Shown: in pieces, positions 24,097 to 36,111 of the stretch
Position numbering within the stretch: position 1 is the first letter of the stretch
Layout of the letters: each line of letters begins with the position of its first letter
Assembly: GCA_000708835.1 (NCBI GenBank)
Contig: DF237184.1
Span: forward strand, 1 to 64,000
Source of the DNA: Klebsormidium nitens
Lineage: Eukaryota; Plantae; Klebsormidiophyceae
Direction of reading: 5' to 3'
Length of the DNA: 64,000 nt
Translations under genes and position numbers: made by a program
Notes under the pieces: model-generated
The model's input: the letters and a program-made list of their open reading frames with translations, nothing else
Database searches by the model: none
Told to the model about the DNA's origin: nothing

Positions 24097-25950
24097 CTTG
24101 AATTCTGGAGTGCAGAATGATGGACGCTGAAGTGGCCCTGGGGACTTGGTGACTATGTAGAAGCAACATCCGATGTCAAGGCTCCTAAGGCAGACTTGTG
24201 CCTCCTGTGAGTTGGAACCAGTACTTCTAGCAGTCACCTGCAAACATAGAGAAGCATGGCAAAACTTATCTTATACATTGCACTCCCGTACAGATTTGAA
24301 GTTACAGAAGCCATGTCCACTCTGCTTGAAGATTTGTTCTGGAATGTTCGTTCTGCTGGCTAGTAGTGCACGAAATGGGATGTCGCTGATCTGTTGGTCA
24401 CACCAGACCTTTATGTGCAAAGTCAGAGAGACATCCTAAGCAAATGATCAGGCCCCGATCTTACGTAGTCAGTACCTATCCAGCTTCTCAGCAACAAAAG
24501 ACCCCAGCAGACCAAGAACACAATAATCAACTCACGAGATCTGGCAGTTGTGCTCAAACTTATTGAGCAACGAGAATAAGCTGGGGGTGTGAACCAACTC
24601 GCATGTTCAGAGACTTGTCAGTGATTGTGCTTGCAAGTGGTGTCTGAGATGAGCAGGCCAGTACTGGCAATACATGAATCGGCTCCAGCTCTCAGCATTC
24701 ATACTGCTGTGGCACAATCCAAGATTCTCCACTAATGTGAGACTACAGTCAGGGGTCAAACTAAGCATCCTGCAGTCAATCCTGGATCTTGGGACTCATC
24801 ATCTGAGCGGTATTCTCTGTCACCTTGTCAGCAGATCAAGGCTTGCCAGTGCTGGGAGCAGCAACGCTATTGCAGCTGAAAGGTGGCGCTTGCAGAAGAA
24901 TATCAGGCCGCTGATCAAAAGAAGCTGCAACACCCGCTCACCGGTCGAAGGCAATTGAAGGTCCGAGCCTTCGTGCTCTAGCAACTCCCTCGCTGCCAAC
25001 AGGTGCTTCTTGCTCTTGCTACAAAGCAAGCTGGGGAGCTTTAATTTCCAGGCTCCCATTCGCTCCGCCATGCCAGCATATCATGCTGCACCACTCCAGC
25101 GACTCGGAAAACGGGTTTCAAAATGCCGTTACACTTTTAACCGCCAACCCGTAACCCCCAGATCCCACTGCAGGGGGATCCCTCTCAAGTGTGCAAGCAT
25201 TGCATGTTGCGAAGTGAAGTTGAGCTCTCGAGTGAGAAAAGTCGTTTTGCTTAGTGACTGAATGGACATGGCAAGTTTGGCATGCCAACTTCTGGTTCAT
25301 GGTTTTTATATCGTTGTTAAATCCCGTGCAGCCAAGGCAGCGAGATAAGCTTTCATATATATTAGTGCATGACATGCACGATGTTCTCGATTTCAAAATG
25401 CCGGGTTCACATGTGGACCATAGGCTTCCATGGCATACCTACGGGTCCGCAATCCGGTTTCCGTGAACGTTACCGTGACCCAACGTGCTGGTAAATTTCG
25501 AAGCTGCATATGTGCGACAATCACGGACATTGGAGCTCGGACGTAGCCCGCTTACGGACACAGTATGGTAATTCACCACTAGGTGAAAACCGACGTACGA
25601 TGAATATGATGGCCATCACATTTACCGTCGTATACACTTGCTTGGTGCTTTGTGATTGTGGCTCTCCCCATACGAAACCGGACACCCGGGATGGCACACA
25701 AGTAAAGCTTCCAGATATCCACAGCGTGTGTAGAAACAAGGGACCATATTGACTAACAAACAAAAATGAAACTAATATTTTGCTTGCTTGTTGGTTTTTC
25801 CTAAGAAGTGCTTACGTCGTATCACCTCAAAGCATCGAGCTACAATGTTTGTTGACGATACATGGCAGCTGTTCGACTTCGGAGTTCGCCCAAAGAATGT
25901 TAAAGCTGCACCTGATGTTAGCATTACTATACAACTCAAAATCAGAAGTC

Positions 25951-28900
25951 TCAATGCAAACCTTGTTCGACGTCCTGATTGGCAGGACTAGCAACTGGAC
26001 CTGAAGAACTCCCTTTCCGTGGTTGGCGAGCTCCGGCATACTCAAAACCTCGGCCAACAAATTTCAGGGCCAGCATAGCCACTATGCAGCCACCAGCGAA
26101 GAAGAAGAACTCGTTGGCCTGCGGAAGAAGGCAGAGGAATGTGAAACTATAAGTCACAGGATCGTCAGCACGTGCACTCCTCTAAGAGCTAGATAGAGGT
26201 CACCTTATTCGCTGTGCAATGCGACGGCCACCTTTGTCAAGGTTGCCCCGTGACACTCAAGCAAGGTGCAAAGCACATTCTGAAACATAGACACCCCACA
26301 AGGAGACTAAGCGCGGTTCGAGGGAAAACGTTCTTTAAGGGCTGGGGCCACCCCGAAGCCACAGAACAGCCCCCCGAACGAAATTTCATAAGTGCAAAGA
26401 AGGCGGAACCTTATCCGCACTTCCACTCACGAACAGGCTCCCCAGCGTCCGATACAAGCAGCCTCTCGCCCAGACCATACTTTAGGAAAATCCTTGACAT
26501 GAAATCAAAGGAGGATTCCGGGGCCGTACCAGCGAGAGGCGGTTCCCAATGATGCCGACAACTAGGACGGTCACCAGATTGCCCGCCGCAACGCTCAGCA
26601 GCCAGGCGCTCTGCACGACAGCTGTCATGTTGGAGGGCGCCTGCGAGTACGCCAGCTCCAGGCCCGTGATGCTGAACAGGATCTCGCCCGCCGTCAAGAC
26701 CACGTACTGGGGCACCTGCATTTGGGTGGATCGACTCTGTTCAACACTTGGGACAAGTGCAGATATCGCACAGTGTCTAGTGAAGTAAGCAAATATTCCA
26801 CGTATTGGGGCACCTGCATCCGGATGCATCGACCTTATGCAAAAGTTTTAGGACAAGTGCAGATGAAACAGTGTCTCTACCTTGCGTCGGTACGGGTTCG
26901 TGAACTGAGCAGAAAGACTACGTATTGGGCCATCTGCATTTGGGTCGAGCGACTTTGTTCAACGTTGAGCGAGACAAGTGCAATCGGCGCTTAATGTCTC
27001 TTCCTAGGGTCGGTACGGATATGTGAACCACGAAAACAGAGTTGGTCGAGGCTTTTCATCGAAACCCCAGAATGAGGAGCCCGGCTAGCGGGGAAGGTTT
27101 GCGTCGTAAGCTGGTGATAAGATGTGGGTTGGAATCACGGAAACCAGACGCTGGGGAAGATGATATCTGTGCGCTCAGCATCAGCTGAGAGTTCCAACCA
27201 AAACGGCCCCATCACTGGGTAATTGGCAGCTCGTCGCACCAATCAAAGCAGACCAAAGAAAGTGGAAAAGGCAGGGAAGCGTAGAAGACGGTACTGGCAT
27301 AAGGATAGACTTGGTTGAAGAATAGCACAGTGAAGGGCTGCCTTATTCAGAGTTTCTATGGATTCACTACAAAGCCTCCACCTTACTTCCCCAGCGTAAA
27401 GAAACTTGTCACAGGTTCAGGGGTCTCGGACCACAATACCTCGCTTTTCCGCTCTTTGCCAAAGAAAAACGCAGCTTCAATCGCCAAGAAAAGACAACAA
27501 ACAAGCGGATTCTCTCTACTCACCTGCCACAGCATGGACAGCCGTTGGTGCTCCCCGCTGTGCCCCCCCTTTCCCGCATGTCCCCCCTTCCCCCAGCCAG
27601 CCAAATCGGCCCCCCCGAAGAAACCCTGCCCGCTCCCGAGCCCCACTGTTCCGTTGCCACCGAAGACCCCCAGCGATGACGCCAGCCCCTCGGCGGGCTC
27701 CGGACTTCCGTGGTCAAGAGCGATCTGGAGGAACGCGGAGAGGACGAATGCGACCGCGGCGATGAACATGCCGACGACCATGCGGCGGATGGGCCGCAGC
27801 GAGACGCCGCGGCGCTCGAGGAAGGGGTAAATGCCGCGGTCGAAGAGGGGGATCATGATCAGGATGAACATCGCGTTGAGGACCTGCAGAGGGGGGAGTT
27901 TTGACGGGATGGGGGTCAGCGAAACAGATCTTTGCCGGACCTGAAAGGGCCGGGAAGAGATAGACTTCCCATTTTTGCAAACAAGAGCTGGGGGCAGGTA
28001 GGAGTGTGTATCTAGGATGTGCCAAAACCCTCTTTTCACTCGATGGAAGAAGCCAGAACGAACAAGAATATATGTAAAGTAGTTTCAAATCCACGTCAGT
28101 GACGAAAGTCGGAAGCCGTTGCTGTCTATCGAGGCAGCCACCACCTGAACCGCAAGAGGGCACCGACTTGATCATGCATTCTGGAGCAACTGAAACACTG
28201 ACGTAAGAAGGTGACAAACTCCTTTTGCTTTGACGTTTGGAGATTAGCTATAAGGGTTCAGTGCTCTCAAACGCGAAGCAAGAGAAAGGTTCTTCTAGAC
28301 AATTCCTCGATCCTGGAGTCGCACCTTCATTTGCGGATGCAGGAGACGCGGAAGAACAATTGAATTGGAAAAAAGAAAGACCAACAAGACAAGTGCTTTC
28401 TTACCTGCATTTGATCCGGCTCGATGACCAGCCCGAACGGCAGCCGCCCATCTAGTTTGCGCGCCTGGAACACCCATCTGCTTGACTGCTGGTCGAAAAG
28501 CGACCAGAACAGGGGCGCCGGCACAAACAGCAGCAGCACCTTCAACAGCCCCTTCACATCCTCCACGTCCTGGCTCCCATGCACCGCCTTGGCCGCATCG
28601 AGCCAGTGCCGCTTTGCCACCTGGCCCGCCGGGACGCCGCCACTTGGCGCGCTCCGGGCAGCCACTACTGGGGGCCCTGCCGGTGGCAGAGCCTGGGCGC
28701 CGATCTCGCCCGCCAGATTCCTCCTGCTGGGGGGTCTCGGAACAGGGATATTGTTACCCCCCCGAACAGAGCTCCCGGACTCTGGACCGCTGTCCGCGCC
28801 CGAAAGCAGGGCCTGCTGCTCGGGCCTGGTCTCGGGGGGCGTCCCGCGCAGAAAGATAGACGCCGTTCGCAGAGAGTTGCCCCCGATGAAGTTTGAGAAG

Positions 28901-30432
28901 CGCACGCGGCCGCCGATCCCGATCGGCTTACTCTGGGGGACCTTGACCTGGGGAGGCCTGGACGCCTTCTGTGGTTGTTCCGGTGCTTGCGGTTCTGCCT
29001 CAGGAAGAGCCGGCTGCTCCGAACCCCTCTGCGTGTTAAGCCGGATGGCGGTCCAGATCACCCCGGCGACATGAGCGACCACGTTCCCCCCCGGGGGCTG
29101 GTGCTTGTACGATCCGCTTCCGAGGTAGAAGAGAACGAGCGAGAGCATCATGAGCCAGGCGGGAACCGCAAACGCCCAGGTATAGCTGCTGTAGCTCCGA
29201 ATCAGGGGGGTGATCAGCGTGCTCAGAACAGCCCCCGCGTTGATTGAGAAGTAGAACGCCGAGAAGAAGCGCCGCAGGAGGGTGTTTCTCGCAGAGCTCG
29301 GGGGATAGGACAGCTCGATCTGGTCCCCCCCAAATGCAGACACACAGGGCTTGATACCCCCCGTTCCGAACGCGATCAGTCCTAGCCCCAGGATGGTTAA
29401 GCTGGCGGAGTGGGAAGCCTGCGAGTGGAGAGCTGACGCGGCCATCGCCCAGTTGCCTAGGCAGTAGACGAGAGAAAGGTAGAGGATCGTCCGGTACTTC
29501 CCGATGTAGCTGTCTGAGATGAAGGCGCCGAGGAGGGGGGTCATGTAGCAGGCGACGATGAAAAGGTGGAGGAACTCGGTGGCCTGCTCTTCGCTCTGGT
29601 GCAAGTGGTCCTGCAATTGAAGTGGGGGGGTGGTAAGCGAGGGTTCTAAGCGACAGGAATATCAGTGAAAACGCTCAGACATAAGAAATCAGAGACCAGA
29701 AAGACAGAATGAAATTTCACTTCGGAAGGAGTTTGGCTTCCAAACTGTATGACTAAGCAGAATGACCGCTATAGATTCATTGCCAGACAAGAGATAAGAA
29801 AATCTCCAAACTTCTGGTGCACTTTGCGACTGTCTTGGTTCTCAGCAAGTTGCGCAAGTAAGATCTGGATTTTTATGACTGTGAACGCAGGGATCAGCCG
29901 TGACGCTCCGGCAACCGCCCCCGAAACTCAGAGGTCATTCTGGTCAACATAATTACTTTTCTCGGTTCCTAGATTATTAAGTGGACGCTCTCACCATGAA
30001 ATACAGTGCCAAGACTGTGGACATCCCCTTATACGCAAAGCGCTCACAAAACTCAGTCCCCACAATACAGACAAGACTCGTAGGGAAGCCTCCCTTCTCA
30101 GCGTCAGGCTCTTCAGTCGGGCCTGTCTCTCTCCGTGCTTCCATTGACACATCTGCAAATCGCAAAGGTTTCCGCAATCAAAAACAGGGAGCAAAATCCC
30201 TGATGCTCAGCACACAAAGCGGGACAAAGCAAAACCAGAGTGTCCAAGAGGAGCCTACCACCAAGTACAGCGCGAGGACTGTCCGCATGCCATAGTAGCT
30301 GAAGCGCTCGCAAAACTCGTTGCCGACTATGAAATTCACGCTCGTTGGCAGCTTGGGCACCACTTCCTCCTCAGATGAGCGGTCTCTACCTTGCGCACTG
30401 CTCCCGCTCTGCTTGGCCTGCAAGATCGCCAT
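25951..30432 (-). CDS. POT/PTR (SLC15, PEPT1-like) proton-coupled oligopeptide transporter, isoform using first exon 1A
   Basis: Exons 30432-30259, 29610-28405, 27883-27524, 26715-26530 and 26118-25951, all phase 0. Motifs: NEFCERFSYYGMR, GTGGIKPCVSAFGGDQ, FYFSINAG, FWSLFDQQSSRW, PDQMQ and GLELAYSQAPSNM. Confidence 0.93.
26700..27030. repeat. Three degenerate tandem copies (about 100-120 bp) of the POT exon-4 3' splice site region
   Basis: The plus-strand unit acgtaytgggscayctgcat...cgac...gacaagtgca...cagtgtct recurs at about 26702, 26799 and 26919. Confidence 0.8.
29995..30144 (-). CDS. Alternative (duplicated) first coding exon 1B of the POT transporter
   Basis: Own ATG, 50 intact codons (MEARRETG...IVGTEFCERFAYKGMSTVLALYFM) and a gtgaga donor in the same phase and at the homologous position as exon 1A. 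Confidence 0.72.
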
Positions 30433-31603
30433 TCTCGGCACCTCTGTTTCAGCAGAGGTTTATGCTGCAGGCGTGACGCTCTCTATCTACACGCAAGTGA
30501 TGCTTCAACTCTCGTGCCTGGTTGTGACCACCTAAGGTGTACTAAGCTCAAGTCCCCAACGTTCAAAGATGGAGGTGCTGCAACGCTTGTGATGGACAGG
30601 CGTGAGGGATGTGCTTGACAGTCAACCGACCAAAAAGTGCAGGGGCTCTTGCTCCAACTCAAGATGCACGCAGTCAGCCAGATTCAAGGCCCTACTCAGC
30701 CTCCTCAAACGGTCCTTGTAAGCTGCAGGAATGGAGGGGTAAGGGCATCAGTAGTGCCTCGTAAGAATCATTTTGCAATCAATAGCTGCATTCACACGTC
30801 CACTTTGTTAAGCAACGAAATCATGCAGATTTGTAGTGGAAAGCCAATTGATCAGTAATCCGGAAACAACATATGCATCGAGATAGACTTTCTACAACGT
30901 ATCGCAAAAGATTCAATGTAATTTGTCGTCCACGAAAGTTCAGCACCAAAACCCTGTCCCAGCAGTGAGTTTTGAGCTCCTTTCTGGATATGCAAGTCAC
31001 CAAATGCCTGAAGTCTCTAAGTATCTGTGGAGCCTCTGGTTTGCGGGACCAACCACACGAGGGACGATGTACAGGACAACTGATCGGCATGCATATAACA
31101 CCGATCTTTAGCCTGGGATAATAGTGTACACCAATGTCCAGATCAAGCATTCAGAGGAACTCACCAGGGCCTGAACAAACGGGCGCCTTGCCAAAGTGGT
31201 GTATGTTAACGACTTCAATACAAAGACCGTCGACTCAGTTGATCTATTCACAGTAGAGAAAACAAAGGAACCCCGTTCACAGCCTCCCAATCGTGAAGCC
31301 ATGCCAGTATGCAGCGCACCTAAAAGATGCCTACAAACCTGCATTTGAAACCTCCATTGATCTTGATTCCAGTTCCATGCTCTTTGAAGTGCTGAAAAGG
31401 TGCCTTTTCAACTGTTTCCCAAAAAAGCAGGGAAAAGTGACGGCCTGGCAGAGGCGATAACGGTTCTGGTGCCGGGCCACGGACCTCGGCGGCCAAGCTG
31501 TAGACTGATGTCAGCGGTCGCCGACCGGGGCCCGCTTGGTCCTCGGACACAGCGGTAACGGTGAGTTGCTATGCCACGCGAAATCAACGCTGGCTAGCCT
31601 GTT

Positions 31604-31613
31604 GACACGTGGC
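31604..31613 (+). promoter_or_regulatory. G-box/ABRE-like motif (GACACGTGGC) upstream of the plastid TPR gene
   Basis: Matches the plant ABRE/G-box consensus about 325 bp upstream of the ATG. The same word also occurs in coding DNA in this window, so chance is plausible. Confidence 0.25.
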
Positions 31614-31937
31614 AAATATGACACCTCAGTGTGTGGTGGATCAGGTGTCCCCAATGCTGGTCTTGTGATCCGTGCCCCAGTCTAGTTTTCCCCTCAAGCA
31701 GGGGTGGCGGCTGCAAGGAGCGGGAGAAGCGCAGCATGCTGATCAATGTAAAGCTCAGCTCCCTGCCCACCTGGCCAAGCCCAGGCCTCTGCCGCACATC
31801 CTTCGAAGAGGGCCGATCAGGGCGTCAGCTAACACTAGTGGTAGTTCAAAACTGGGAGAGCCTGGGTTGGAAGCAATTGGGGCATAACTAAGGCTGGCTT
31901 GCAAAGCACACTGTCCCCTCAGGTTGAGAATCTGCTC

Positions 31938-34493
31938 ATGATGTCAACCTCCAGTTACATGCAGGGGAGGATGTGTGCAAATGCCGTTCAGAGCCTCGCC
32001 CCTGAGGCCAAGCGTTGCAGTTTGTCTGACGGGTTTTTCCAGCAGGAGACACAGCGGCCCGGGTGTCGTCGCCCCGTCCGCTGTTCACTTGCACGATGGT
32101 TGCCGTCGGAACTCAATTCTAGGAACTGCTTCAAGGCGCAGGGTTTTCATCATGCAGGAGCAAGAAAAGCTGGGCGATTGCGGTGCAATAAGAATCAGCC
32201 GTGGGCGCCTTCGGGGGGGATGATTGGAGCAGTCTCCGGTCTTTCGGAAGTGAGGGTGGCAAAGGAAAGCCGCAAGGGGCGACTACATGGCTTGATCGAA
32301 ATATGTGGGTTGAGGCCACATCAATTGCATAGAAACAGGGCCTTGGAGACACTACGGCAGCGCCGTTGCAATGCTGTTCAGGGGGGCGATACGCAGGGGA
32401 ATCGGGGGGCAACTGATAGAAACGAAAGCGTGCGGTCTGAGGGCGCTAGCTCAGAGGAGGCAGAGGGGGAAGAAGAGAAGCCTCCAGTGAAGGAAGAGAG
32501 CGCCACGGAGAAACTGCTCCGAGAGATGAGGGAGGTGAGGTGGCGGGTCCGCTTGTACCAGTGCATCAGGCTGTCAACTTTTGCATATGAAGGGGTTTGC
32601 CCAAGTTATGTTGGTGGCAATTCTGCTTGAGGCAGATTTGGGTCGTAAGCTGTCCAAGAATTTGTACTCGGACATTTCAAGCTGAACTCAATCCTGTTGT
32701 TTTCACCTCTTAGCGCCTCACTTGAAGTCACTTAACATGGCACCACAGCTTGGAAGTTCTCCGCGAATTTGAGCCACCGCCTGAGCTGCCTGTCCACAAA
32801 TCGTCAGGGATTGGGTGCAATACCATTTCATTGTTCTTTTTACAGAAAGCGGAAGAGCAGGCCCGAAAAGACAAGGAGGCAAACCTCTTGTACAAGTACG
32901 GCCAGAGAGAGTACGGGCGCGGGGAGTATGCTAAGGCAGTGGAGGCGCTACAGTCGGCCGTCGATCTGGTCGCAAAAGGATCCGCTCTGGGCGGAGAGGT
33001 GAGGTCGCGGAACAAGTACTGGTGGCCTTTCGAGCCGTCGTATGCGGCTGTTAGGCATTCGTATATTGTTCTGTGTTAGTGTTACAGACCACCGGTGCAG
33101 TCGAGGTCAATTCCCATACCTCCTGATCTTCTGTCTGGATCTTGATATAGGAAAGCCTGTGGTTCTGATTTGCGAGTGCGGTGGGTTATGTACCAAATGT
33201 TGCCCTGACATCATCTCCTTGCCAAAGAATTCGGTTCAACAGGATATATAGATTTGTAGGCATGGATATTTGTGCGCTCAGTCGTGTACGTTGGCACGGT
33301 TGACACACTTTGGAATTACCGGGCTAGCCCCGTCATCAGGGACTCTGCTTTATCCAGGGACCAAGTCCGAATACAACGCGCTCGAGTCAGTTCCAAATAT
33401 TTCTTTTGAGTGGACCATAATCTTTGAGGCCCTCGTTTAGATCCACAAAACCTCCACTAGCAACAGGGAAATTGCCTTCTGAAAGCTTCAGACTTACGAT
33501 TTCAGTCAAAGCTTACAGTCAGCACCGTTCCGTGCGGTCTCTGCAAAGTTGCTTTTTGTCAGCAGTCACCCTGCTCGTTCCGGGAATCCGGTCCTCTGCT
33601 CCAAGCAGCTTCTCTCTAATCAGCAGTCTTCTTGGAAATGCCTTTCAAGAGCTTCAAGTTGCTTTCAAAAGGACACCAAATTTGTCTTTCATGAGAATGG
33701 AGATATATCACTCCGAAAATCCACTTCAAACGAGTTCTGAAACATCGTATCCTACGGATTCTGGATTCGTTTGGGATGCTTGCTTATGGAACGAAACTTA
33801 AGGTCCTACGATGCAGATGCAAATCTGGCTGGCTATGGCGTTCGATGCCAATGGCCAAAGAGCGGACGGGCTAGCGATGTACCGCAAGCTCGAGGCGACC
33901 CACCCCATGAAAGCAATCAAGCTGCAAGCGGCTAATTTGCGGTACATCATGGAAGCGCCCCGATTGAAGATCTCGAAAGACGAGCGGGTGACCATCCCGC
34001 TTGTGGGAGAGGAATCGCAAACGTAAGCTAACGGCTGCCATTTTACCAGCTTCGTTGTTTGTATCTTCGCAGATTTGTACTGTCGACCCGAGTTCATGCG
34101 CTCAAGCTTTGTTGCAACGCTGTTCTTGTATCAAGCGGAGGACGTTCGAAGGACTTTGAGTGTCGTTGTCGAGTGTTGGTGCCAGTGGTCGTAATATGAA
34201 AATTTTCAGGCGATGACGAATAGCGGTTTCCAGCTCCGTCGATTTCCCTCTCGCCCAAACTAGACACTAGTTTTAGAACCTGTAATTCTCCTATGTGCAG
34301 CGGAAAACCCTCGTTCACGGAACTCTACAAGGAGAAGAGACGAGCGAACTATAGGAAAACCAGGAAACTCGAGCCAGATATCTGGGATCGCATCGAGTGG
34401 AAGCCCCCTCGATGGCAGAAAAATCCCTACGTTTGGGTTGCATTCACGTTGTGGTTGACATTGATTGCCGTTACGATGGCCTTCGGTGATTGA
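31938..34493 (+). CDS. Plastid-targeted TPR-like protein with a C-terminal membrane anchor (4 exons)
   Basis: Exons 31938-32534, 32846-32998, 33817-34022 and 34301-34493 join in phase. Ser/Arg-rich transit-like N-terminus. The TPR-like block YGRGEYAKAVEAL...LGGEMQIWLAMAFDANG...LRYIMEAPRL resembles, from memory, a conserved cyanobacterial/plant family. C-terminal TM: VWVAFTLWLTLIAVTMAF. Confidence 0.7.
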
Positions 34494-36111
34494 TTCCCCG
34501 GTTGCAGACAACTGAAACCGTCGCTGATTCCGGGGTTTTCCTAATGCTTCGCTTTCAGAAAGACCAAGCAATTCACGCAGGCGCATTGCCAAGATTTAGC
34601 CAGTGTTGTTGATGCAAGATTTACAACTTGCATACGAGCATACCATGCCACAATACATTGTGGCATAATGCCACCCCACGCACTATCAATTGAGGCCTCG
34701 CAGTGATTGCATCATTTCGATATCTGTCATTAGTCCAGATCAACAAATCGAACGAACTTAGGTTGTTCCAAGAGGCTTTTGATAGTGCCTTAGCAGCGTG
34801 GATCATTAAGCACTTATTGAGTCCGTCACTGTTGCAATTGACTGCGCGGGTCATGGTCACACATGTTATTTGCAAACTTCCGACCATGTCCGCAGCATAT
34901 GGTGCAGCCAATCTTTGACGGTAGCAATATCACGCTGTTCATCAGTGTCTCTAGCCTGTATGAGTTGGAGATTCATGGGTGCAGACGCGTCCTTAAAGCT
35001 GCATGTATAGGCGGCATAGGAGATCCCATCATGATAACCTTGCATGAATGTTTCGAGGCTATCGATGGGGACTGTTCTACACATGTGCGCCCAACCCTTA
35101 TATAGCTAGCGAGCAGGCAGGGCTTTGCCTTCGACAATAACCATGACGAAGCTAACCGTCTGCTCTCGATTAAAAAGGCTCATGAACCAGTCCGACATGC
35201 GGCCTGAATGCATGATGTAATCCTACTTTGCATGGGTCTCGCCTGGATCCTACCGTTTCAGTTCACTTCCAACAAGCGCTGGCAGATGTGTTGATCTGAA
35301 AAGGGATGTTTGGATGTTTGTAAGATTATAGAAGGGCGCCAGTCATGCAGCAGCCGCCCCGGAATTGTCGCGCTCGAACTTTGCCTTCTAGCTTTAAACC
35401 CTGCACACAAACCCCGTTGCGGAAGCAGCCAACCGTTGGCGCGGCCGCGGCCCGACAGACCAATCCCACTTAGCCGGATCGTCACGGTCCGCTTTGAGCT
35501 TCGAGCAAACCTGCAGGCAGCAGTACTTGAATCCGCTTCGTGCCGCCGGACGAGACTCCGAGATTGGAAAGGGAGATTGCTGGCCAGGCCCCCTTGCCGC
35601 GACATCATTCAAGGACGCGACTGCTGTGATTTAGATTCGGCGCATCATTAGCTCAGGTATGTTTTAAGCTGCTTGCGCTCTGCCTACGCGTAGTAGCTGG
35701 AGTTCAATTTTTCGTTTTTAAAGTATCTCGATTGGGCGTGGCAGGTTGTGCGTTGCAATCGATTCGACAGCAGGCAATTAGTAAGGTCTTTGCTGCATGA
35801 GGTGCTGCTTGCTGTCAATTGCCTAATAGCGAATCAAATAATTTCTGTTCTGGAGTCAAGGTATGGTGAAGCAGATGAAAGACCATATGCAAGCAGTATT
35901 TTACCTGGCTGAGTCCATTTACACATTTGGACTTCATAGATTCATTTCCTGCTTTGGTTGATGCAGGGAAGGGAGGGTTGAGTTCGCGCTGGTTCTCGAA
36001 GGTCTTGATCGCTTGATGGGAGGCAGTGACAGTGAATGTGAGAGTCTGGAATCAGAGAGCCTTTCGGAGGTCGAGTTTGCAAGCCCCTCTTCAAGCCCAA
36101 GAACTACTACC

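Noticed and set aside
28424-29247. 216-aa and shorter plus-strand ORFs
   Set aside because: Antisense to the GC-rich POT exon 2.
31430-31560. GC-rich stretch considered as a tRNA or other structured RNA
   Set aside because: No T-loop GTTCRA or cloverleaf could be built. No tRNA, rRNA or CRISPR array was found anywhere in the window.
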